49,815 nucleotides of DNA, taken from Candidatus Rokuibacteriota bacterium. GTDB lineage: Bacteria; Methylomirabilota; Methylomirabilia; Rokubacteriales; CSP1-6. The position numbers were made by a program, and so were the translations under genes. The stretch is from contig JACPCH010000021.1 of the NCBI GenBank assembly GCA_016179875.1, positions 1 to 49,815 of the forward strand, written 5' to 3'. Shown piece after piece: positions 9,854 to 16,521 of this stretch (position 1 is its first letter; every line of letters starts with the position of its first letter). The notes beneath the pieces are model-generated. The model made no database searches. It was not told the origin of the DNA and was given only the letters and a program-made list of their open reading frames with translations.

Positions 9854-10489
9854 TCAGTCGGCCAGGTAGAACACGGAGGGCTGGGTGCCGACCTCGGGCA
9901 TGAGCGCCACCGCCCGGCCGTCCGCGACGAGCTGCGCGACGCGGCTCGTCGGGTCCTCGAGGTCGCCGAAGACGATCGCGCCGGCGATGCAGGCCAGCGC
10001 GCACATCGGCGTCGCGTCGGGATCCACGCCGGGGACGAGCCCCTGGGCCCGGCCCGCGTCCACGCGCTCCTTGCAGAACGTGCACTTCGTCATCACGCCG
10101 TGGCGCCCGGCGTGGCCGTTGGCCTGCTCGGACGGCGTCGGCGCGTCGAAGTAGCCCCGGGCCTCGTGGACCAGGTGCCGCGCGTGGTACGGGCAGGCGA
10201 CCGCGCAGTAGCCGCACCCGACGCAGAGCTCGTACTCGACGTGGACGATGCCATCAGCGCGCCGCTGCGAGGCGCCGGTGGGACAGACGGGAACGCACGG
10301 AGGCTCGGCGCAGTGCATGCACTGCATGGGCAGGAAGACGCGCCGGACGTTCGGGTACTCGCCGATCTCGCAATCGGCCACGAACCGCCACTGGGTGCCC
10401 GCCGGCAGGCCGTGCTCCTGCATGCAGGCGATCGTGCAGGTCTGGCAGCCCACGCAGCGCCGGACGTCGATCACCATCCCCCAGCGCAT
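9854..10489 (-). CDS. 4Fe-4S ferredoxin-type electron-transfer subunit (DmsB/PsrB/NrfC family)
   Basis: Cys groups CVGCQTCTIAC, CMHCAEPPCVPVCP, CVGCGYCAVACP and CTFC. I prefer ATG 10489 (GAGGAG 6 nt upstream) over the ORF-track GTG at 10492. Confidence 0.9.
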   Translation of the reverse strand: MRWGMVIDVRRCVGCQTCTIACMQEHGLPAGTQWRFVADCEIGEYPNVRRVFLPMQCMHCAEPPCVPVCPTGASQRRADGIVHVEYELCVGCGYCAVACPYHARHLVHEARGYFDAPTPSEQANGHAGRHGVMTKCTFCKERVDAGRAQGLVPGVDPDATPMCALACIAGAIVFGDLEDPTSRVAQLVADGRAVALMPEVGTQPSVFYLAD

Positions 10490-10508
10490 CACCGGCTCCT
10501 CTTGAACT

Positions 10509-10545
10509 GGGCACGGGCACCCGGGCTATCGCCACGCCCGTGCCC
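10509..10545 (-). other. perfect 10-bp stem hairpin in the only long intra-operon gap
   Basis: GGGCACGGGC (10509-10518) and GCCCGTGCCC (10536-10545) with a 17-nt loop, between the Mo subunit stop (10602) and the FeS subunit start (10489). Confidence 0.5.
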
Positions 10546-10601
10546 CGCCGCGATCACCCGCTGCGATCGCTCGTCCACCCGATCAGAGCCGCAACCCCGC
10601 A

Positions 10602-13334
10602 TCAGAGTCTCCGCACTGCCACGGGGACGAGGTCGGCGCCGCTGCCGGTCGCGTCGGTGAGCGCCAGATCCATGCTCGAGACCTCGTTCAGGCTGGGCAT
10701 GCCGAGGTCGCGCGCGAACGGCGTGGCCCAGTGGCCGAACTGCTGGAGCGCGACGGCGACGTCGGGCCGCACGCCCTCGCGCAGGATCGCGCGCCCCTGC
10801 GTCCGTCCCGTCGGCGACTCGATCTCGACCAGGTCGCCGTCGGCGATGCCGAGCTTCTCGGCGGCGCGCCGGTTGAGCATGACGCCGAAGTGCCCCTTCA
10901 CGTTCTTCGCGACGTCGGCCAGGATCGGGAGCGACACGTTGGAGCCCCAGGAGTACTGCATGCTCCGGCTCGTCAGCAGCCAGAACGGGAACTCGCGCGC
11001 GTCGCGCCCGTGGGCCGCGGCGGTGCCCCGCCAGATCTCCGGGAAGTCCTTCCACGTCGGCAGCGGCTGGTACTCGTCGAGCTGGACGTCCCACCACTTG
11101 ATGCCGCGCTCGTGCAGGCGCGCCGCCAGCTCCTCGCCCATGCGCTGGATCCGCTCCTGGTAGGGCAGCTCGTAGCGCAGCCCCTGGGCGCGCATCGTCG
11201 TGTGCAGGAAATAGTTCTTCGTCGCGAACGGCACGAACCAGGCGCCGTGCCGCTTGAACCACTCGAGATCGTGCTCCTCCCGGCCGCCGGACAGCGAGCG
11301 CGTCGCCGCGCGGCATACCCGGTCCCAGATCTCCGCGGCGACCGGCAGCCGCCCGTTCTTGATCGAGTAGTCGTAGCCGTCGCCCGCGAGCGGCACCGTG
11401 GTGCCCGAGCCCCGGTTCACCGCCTGGAGGTACTCGTCGAGGAGCCCCACGCGGGCGGCCAGCTCGGTGGCGACGTCGGTGAGGTCACGCGTGTCGTACG
11501 GCGGCGCCGTCACCGGCTGGCGCAGCGCCCAGCCGGAGTGCTGCCAGTACTGCTCGGTGTACTTGGTCCCGCCGATGCGGTAGAGCTGGAGCGACTCGAG
11601 ATCGGTCGCCTCGGGCAGGAGCAGGTCCGCGTACCAGTTGGTCTCGTCCTGCGTGTAGGCGAAGGCCGCGACGAACGGGAAGCGCTCGAGCTCCCGCTCG
11701 ATCCGCCCCGTCTCCCAGTTCGAGATCGCGGGGTTCGTCCGGTAGATGATCCAGACGTCGGGCAGGGTCGGCGCCGGCCAGTGCTCCGGCGCATCCTCCA
11801 GGAAGAGCCACGGCAGGTGCGCCGGGCCGAGCGCCGCCGACCACGGCGAGTCGTCGGCCAGCGGCACCAGCGTGCGGTAGGCGTTCCTGACGTGTGGGGA
11901 CGCCTGCCACTTCTCCCGCGACGTCGGGTTGAGCGGCTGCTCCATGAAGCCGTCGGGGCCCGGCTTGACCGAGTCGAGCCGGTTCTGGGCCGGCCGGTTC
12001 AGGCGCACGGTCGTCCCGAGGATGCCGCCGGGGACCTCGAGCGCCCCGACGAGCGCCGCCAGCAGCGTGCGGGCCCAGCAGCACTCGTAGCCGCCCCAGC
12101 CGTTGGTCACCGTCTTGCCGAGCAGCACGGCGACGGGCCGGTGGGGATAGCTGACGCCGTCGATCTCGATCGTGGCCCCGACGCGCGCCGCCGCGAGGTA
12201 CTCGCCGGCGATGCGGCGGATCGTCGCGGCCGGCACGTCGGCGATCTCCGCCGCCCACTCGGGCGTGTAGGACCGCACGTGCTCGACGAGGCGCTCGAAG
12301 GCCGGGCGCACGCGGTCGCTGACGCTCCGGCGGGCGCCGTCGGCCCCGACCTCGACGCCGGAGGCGATGTACTCGCCGACCAGCGCCGGACGCGCGCACG
12401 CCGGGTCGTCGAACGGCACCGCGCGCTCGCGGTCGAGGTCCCACACCAGCGGCTTGCCGCTCCCGGGGTCGCGCAGGTAGTAGCCGCCGGGGCCGACGAG
12501 GTAGGGCGAGCCCGTCATCCGCTCGAGGAACGGCACGTCGCACACGTGGCGCCAGTCGTGCTCGATCAGGATCGCGTGGAGCAGCGCGAAGAGCACGGCG
12601 GCGTCGGTCTTCGGACGGACCGGCACCCACTCACCGGCGCCGGCGCCGGTGATCGAGAGATGCGGCTCGAGCTGCACCCAGCGGAGCCCGCGCGCGCGCG
12701 CCTCGGCGTGGCGCCAGACGCCGGTCACGCCGCCCGAGGCGTCGCCGTTGTAGCCGAAGGACAGCACGTAGTCGCAGCGCGGCACGTCGGCGGCGACGGT
12801 GAAGGCGCGGTGCCAGAACTCGCCGTAGAGGTGCTCGGAGTGGTAGCACTTCACGCCCTGACCGCTGCCGATGCCCTGGTCCAGCGGCCCCCACGCCGCC
12901 AGGAGCGCCGCGAACGTGCCGAGGTAGGCCGGCGCGATGCCGCCGGAGCCGAACGTCACCGCCAGGCGCGGGTAGCCCGCCGCGTCCACCAGCCCCGCCG
13001 CGCGGAGCGCGCGGAGCTTGCCGGCCAGGAGGTCGAGCGCCGCGTCCCACGACACCGGCGCCCAGCCCGGGTCCTCCCCGCGCGCCTTCCGCGGATTGGT
13101 GCGGACCATCGGCGTCTTGATGCGCGCGGGGTTGTAGAGCTTCTGGACGAGGCCGTAGGCGCGCACGCACACCTTGCCGCCCGCCGGGTGCTCGGCGGCG
13201 ACGTCGCTGTTCGGCTCGACGCCGACCGCGACGCCGTCCTTGACGATGACCTTCAGGAGGTCCGGGCCCGCCACGCACTGGTAGCAGTAGACCGGCACCT
13301 TCTCGATGGTCGGCGTGGCCGCGGATTTGTTCAC
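10602..13334 (-). CDS. molybdopterin (bis-MGD) oxidoreductase catalytic subunit, DMSO-reductase superfamily, no Tat signal (PadB-like candidate)
   Basis: Same frame as ORF 10602..14570, trimmed to GTG 13334-13332, which overlaps the upstream stop (GTGA). 910 aa. N-terminus VNKSAATPTIEKVPVYCYQCVAGPD...GGKVCVRAYG has a CxxC...C cluster motif and no RR/hydrophobic signal. Molybdopterin-oxidoreductase-like throughout, with a C-terminal beta-barrel-like GDLVEIESPTGR. Confidence 0.9.
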   Translation of the reverse strand: MNKSAATPTIEKVPVYCYQCVAGPDLLKVIVKDGVAVGVEPNSDVAAEHPAGGKVCVRAYGLVQKLYNPARIKTPMVRTNPRKARGEDPGWAPVSWDAALDLLAGKLRALRAAGLVDAAGYPRLAVTFGSGGIAPAYLGTFAALLAAWGPLDQGIGSGQGVKCYHSEHLYGEFWHRAFTVAADVPRCDYVLSFGYNGDASGGVTGVWRHAEARARGLRWVQLEPHLSITGAGAGEWVPVRPKTDAAVLFALLHAILIEHDWRHVCDVPFLERMTGSPYLVGPGGYYLRDPGSGKPLVWDLDRERAVPFDDPACARPALVGEYIASGVEVGADGARRSVSDRVRPAFERLVEHVRSYTPEWAAEIADVPAATIRRIAGEYLAAARVGATIEIDGVSYPHRPVAVLLGKTVTNGWGGYECCWARTLLAALVGALEVPGGILGTTVRLNRPAQNRLDSVKPGPDGFMEQPLNPTSREKWQASPHVRNAYRTLVPLADDSPWSAALGPAHLPWLFLEDAPEHWPAPTLPDVWIIYRTNPAISNWETGRIERELERFPFVAAFAYTQDETNWYADLLLPEATDLESLQLYRIGGTKYTEQYWQHSGWALRQPVTAPPYDTRDLTDVATELAARVGLLDEYLQAVNRGSGTTVPLAGDGYDYSIKNGRLPVAAEIWDRVCRAATRSLSGGREEHDLEWFKRHGAWFVPFATKNYFLHTTMRAQGLRYELPYQERIQRMGEELAARLHERGIKWWDVQLDEYQPLPTWKDFPEIWRGTAAAHGRDAREFPFWLLTSRSMQYSWGSNVSLPILADVAKNVKGHFGVMLNRRAAEKLGIADGDLVEIESPTGRTQGRAILREGVRPDVAVALQQFGHWATPFARDLGMPSLNEVSSMDLALTDATGSGADLVPVAVRRL

Positions 13335-14641
13335 CGGCTCGCCTCGGCCGGCGGGGCCCCAGCCCCGCGACGGCCTGCGGCTCGCACGACCACCTTCTTG
13401 TGCTCCAGGGCTTCGAAGAACGCGTCGATGCGGTTCTTGAGCTGCGCCTCGGCGTAGTAGCGTGGGTCCTCGAGGTCGGACTCCACGAGGAGCGTCGACA
13501 CGCCGAGCTCGCGCGTGAAGTAGTCGCGCATGTCCCCCTGCCCGGCCGAGAACAGACGGCACGACTTGATCGAATGGATGACGAGCGCGTCGGCGTCCCA
13601 TTCCTCCACGTAGCGCCGGATCTGCTGGTAGCGCGTCGTGATCGACCGGTTGGTGAGGTTCTCGCGCAGCATCTGCTCGGCGATGGACTCCAGCGGCCGC
13701 GCCGGGTCGTGACGGAAGCCCCACTCCCAGATGCCGCCCACCGTCGAGTACGTGGACTGCACGGCCACCGCGCCCCACTTGGCGAACAGGTTGCGGAAGT
13801 TCTTGTAGTAGGGATACGGCGGCGGGCCCTCGACGACGGTGCGGAACCGCTCCTCGGACAGGGGCCCGAGCCCCTGGGCCACCAGCCCCTCGAACTCGGC
13901 CACCGCCACGTCGAAGAAGTCGGCGACTTCCTTCGTGCCGCGGAGCACGTTGATCGGCCCCATCAGGTTGATCGAGTCGAAGTAGGAGTCGAAGGGCGCC
14001 GGCTTGTGCTTGCACAGGTGCTTGCAGCGCGAGTAGCCCTCCTCCGCCCGGATCGAGTAGCCGATGATCTCCCGGAGCTCGTCGATGTCGAACTTCTCCC
14101 CGGTCACGCCCTCGCAGAGGGCGATGAGCTCGCGGAGCTGGCCGACCACGTACTGGATGTCGGCCGGGCTCGGCTCGGCGGCGCGCAGGAACGGCACGTC
14201 GAGCATGAAGAGCTTGGCCCCGCTGATGTCGGCCAGGTGCTCGAACCACTTCACGTACACGTTGCAGCCGACGTAGTTGCAGACGATCAGGTTCGGGAAC
14301 GGCATGGGCTTGCCGGGCCCCATGCCCCCTTCCAGGAACAGCCCGATGTCGGCCTTCACGTAGGCGCAGTTGTCGCTCGAGTACCCCGCCTGCTCCGCCT
14401 TGAGGATGAGCGGCAGCGACTTGTGGCGGATCGCGTTCTGGAGCGCCGTGACCTCCGGGAACATGGGCAGGATGTGGCAGGCCCGCAGCAGCTCGACGCA
14501 GTTGCCCGAGATCATGATCGCGCCCGTGGGCCGCCCCTCGGCCTCGGCCCGGCCGAGCTCGCCCATCCACGCCGACATGAGCCGGCGCGAGTCCTCGTGG
14601 ACCTTGCCCTGGTACTGCCGTTCCGTCACCTGAGCCGGCAT
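13331..14641 (-). CDS. benzoyl-CoA reductase subunit B-like (BcrB/BadE/BzdO; 2-hydroxyacyl-CoA dehydratase superfamily)
   Basis: Same frame as ORF 13331..14722, trimmed to ATG 14641 (GGGAGGA upstream). 436 aa, MPAQVTERQYQGKVHEDSRRLMSAWM...SIKSCRLFSAGQGDM...LLVESDLEDPRYY, with length and motifs as in BcrB-type subunits. Confidence 0.85.
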   Translation of the reverse strand: MPAQVTERQYQGKVHEDSRRLMSAWMGELGRAEAEGRPTGAIMISGNCVELLRACHILPMFPEVTALQNAIRHKSLPLILKAEQAGYSSDNCAYVKADIGLFLEGGMGPGKPMPFPNLIVCNYVGCNVYVKWFEHLADISGAKLFMLDVPFLRAAEPSPADIQYVVGQLRELIALCEGVTGEKFDIDELREIIGYSIRAEEGYSRCKHLCKHKPAPFDSYFDSINLMGPINVLRGTKEVADFFDVAVAEFEGLVAQGLGPLSEERFRTVVEGPPPYPYYKNFRNLFAKWGAVAVQSTYSTVGGIWEWGFRHDPARPLESIAEQMLRENLTNRSITTRYQQIRRYVEEWDADALVIHSIKSCRLFSAGQGDMRDYFTRELGVSTLLVESDLEDPRYYAEAQLKNRIDAFFEALEHKKVVVRAAGRRGAGAPPAEASR

Positions 14642-14658
14642 GGCGTCGTCCTCCCGCC

Positions 14659-15813
14659 CTAGTCGAAGAGCATCGATTCGACGAAGGTCTCGATCTCGTT
14701 GCGCGTGCGCTCGAACGTCCACATCTTCTCCTCGAACTCGACGATCATGTGCGGGATGCCCGCGCGCTCGAGCCCCTGCTTCATCAGGACGTAGTCGAAC
14801 AGGGCGGGCTCGCAGAACTTGGCCGGCATGAAGACGACGGCCTGCGCGTTTGCGCGCCGGACCTTCTCGATGAGCCCCGTCGAGCGGTGCTCGCGGCCCT
14901 CGTGACGCACCGACGACGGCACCGCCTGGTTCACGTAGGCCGCGCCCAGGCGCTCGAAGGGATCGCCGTCGCCCGCGACGTCCGCGGTGAACCAGCGCCA
15001 GCCCAGCATCAGGTCGTCCTCGACGACGTAGCAGCCGGCCTCTTCCAGCACCTCGAGCAGGCCGAGCGGCGGCTGCTCGCAGAACGCCCCCTCGACGACC
15101 ACGCGCAGGCGGTCGCGGGGCCGCGCGTCGCGCAGCCGGAGCCCGGCCAGCAGGTCGTCCAGCCAGCCGATCGCGTCCTCGGGCGGCGCCAGCGTCGCCG
15201 CCCGCAGGGTGACGTACAGATCCGTGGTCGAGAGCCGCTGGGGCTCGGCGATGCGGAAGGCGTAGAGCGCGCGGACGCGCGCGCGCAGCGCGTTGTAGGT
15301 CTCGATGGACTTCGCGAGCGCGGGCTCCGTCACCTTGAGCCCGAACGCGCCCTCGAAGCCCTGCGTGAGCCGGCGCAACTCGCTGGCCGCGTAGCCGGCG
15401 ACGCCCGGCGACGTCGAGTTCTGCGGCAGGTGCAGATACTCGACGAATACGTCCGGGAAGTTGCGGTGGTAGATCGAGCTGAGGTTGCGCGCGACGTCAC
15501 AGATGTTCGAGAACACGAACCCGTCGATGCCCTTGACGATGTCCTGGAAGCCGAGCTCGAGGGTGGACTTCGCGATCGAGCACACGAAGGACTGGAACCG
15601 CGCGTCGGCGTGCGTGAGCTCGACCGAGGTGCCGCCGCCCAGGAGCGACAGCGGGAGCATGCCCGCCGCGTGGATGAGCTCGGCCGGGGCCCACACCGGG
15701 TACGCCGCGACGGCGCGCCCGCCCGGATGGGCGGCCTTCCACCGCTCGGCGACGGCGCCGAGGGGCCGGGCGACGAGCTCGCGGCACTGGTCGAGGATCT
15801 GCTCAGGCGTCAT
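14659..15813 (-). CDS. benzoyl-CoA reductase subunit C-like (BcrC/BadD/BzdN)
   Basis: 384 aa, 2-hydroxyglutaryl-CoA dehydratase D-component fold, motifs FQSFVCSIAKS and FMPAKFCEP. Paired with the B-like subunit. Confidence 0.85.
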   Translation of the reverse strand: MTPEQILDQCRELVARPLGAVAERWKAAHPGGRAVAAYPVWAPAELIHAAGMLPLSLLGGGTSVELTHADARFQSFVCSIAKSTLELGFQDIVKGIDGFVFSNICDVARNLSSIYHRNFPDVFVEYLHLPQNSTSPGVAGYAASELRRLTQGFEGAFGLKVTEPALAKSIETYNALRARVRALYAFRIAEPQRLSTTDLYVTLRAATLAPPEDAIGWLDDLLAGLRLRDARPRDRLRVVVEGAFCEQPPLGLLEVLEEAGCYVVEDDLMLGWRWFTADVAGDGDPFERLGAAYVNQAVPSSVRHEGREHRSTGLIEKVRRANAQAVVFMPAKFCEPALFDYVLMKQGLERAGIPHMIVEFEEKMWTFERTRNEIETFVESMLFD

Positions 15814-16396
15814 GGCGCGCCTCCGCTGGTTCGAGGAAGCCGTAGAGGAAGAGGGAGCCGACCTGGGCCGCGAGCGCGCGCGCGTCGTCGCGCGAGCGGA
15901 CGAACGGCCGGGTCGCGATGCCGTTCAGCATGCCGAGGAGGAGATTGGTCGCCGACAGGAGCTCGTCGCCCGACCGTCCGTGCGGGTCGAGCTCGCGCAG
16001 GACCCCGAGCCCGCGCTGGACGTAGTCGCCGCGCTTGGCCGCGACGTCCGAGCGGCGCGGCTCGGGCAGGAGCTCCCAGTCGCGGTTGATGACCTTGAGC
16101 GCCGGACCGTGGCGGAAGCCGAAGTCGAGGTGCGTCTGGATCAGGGCGAGGAGCTTCAGCTCCGGGGTGCGCGCCCGCGTCAGGGCCTCGTCGAGCGCGC
16201 CGATGAGCGTGTCGAGCGACCGGTCGAGGACCAGGAAGAGCAGCTCATCCTTGCCGCCGACGTAATGGTAGAGGCCGGCGAGCGAGAGGCCGGCGGCGCG
16301 GGCGATCTCGCGGATCGAGGCCTGGTGGAAGCCGCGCCGCGCGATGGCCTCGGTCGCCGCCTGGAGGATCTCGTTGTATCGCTCCTCGATCGCCAC
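15803..16396 (-). CDS. TetR/AcrR family transcriptional regulator
   Basis: HTH FHQASIREIARAAGLSLAGLYHYVGGKDELL. I start it at GTG 16396 (TAGGAGG 6 nt upstream), not the ORF-track start at 16417. The stop overlaps the bcrC-like start by 11 nt. Confidence 0.9.
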   Translation of the reverse strand: MAIEERYNEILQAATEAIARRGFHQASIREIARAAGLSLAGLYHYVGGKDELLFLVLDRSLDTLIGALDEALTRARTPELKLLALIQTHLDFGFRHGPALKVINRDWELLPEPRRSDVAAKRGDYVQRGLGVLRELDPHGRSGDELLSATNLLLGMLNGIATRPFVRSRDDARALAAQVGSLFLYGFLEPAEARHDA

Positions 16397-16451
16397 ACCG
16401 AACCTCCTACCGAACACGAATTCGAATTACGCGTACGGTAGTCGGTTCGGT
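16397..16451 (-). promoter_or_regulatory. long inverted repeat overlapping the tetR ribosome-binding site
   Basis: 16-nt arms ACCGAACCGACTACCG / CGGTAGGAGGTTCGGT (14 of 16 complementary) flank a 23-nt AT-rich centre that contains CGAATTCG. The proximal arm includes the TAGGAGG SD and abuts the GTG start. Confidence 0.5.
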
Positions 16452-16470
16452 CAGCCGTTTGAATCCGGAG

Positions 16471-16496
16471 GGTGCCTCATTTTTCTAGTTCAATCG
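16471..16496 (-). promoter_or_regulatory. 26-nt AT-rich motif shared with the rrf2-cox promoter, copy 1
   Basis: The minus strand reads CGATTGAACTAGAAAAATGAGGCACC, which matches 20420-20445 at 21 of 26 positions. Confidence 0.45.
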
Positions 16497-16521
16497 AGGG
16501 AGTTTGGGCCTGCGCGGCGCG

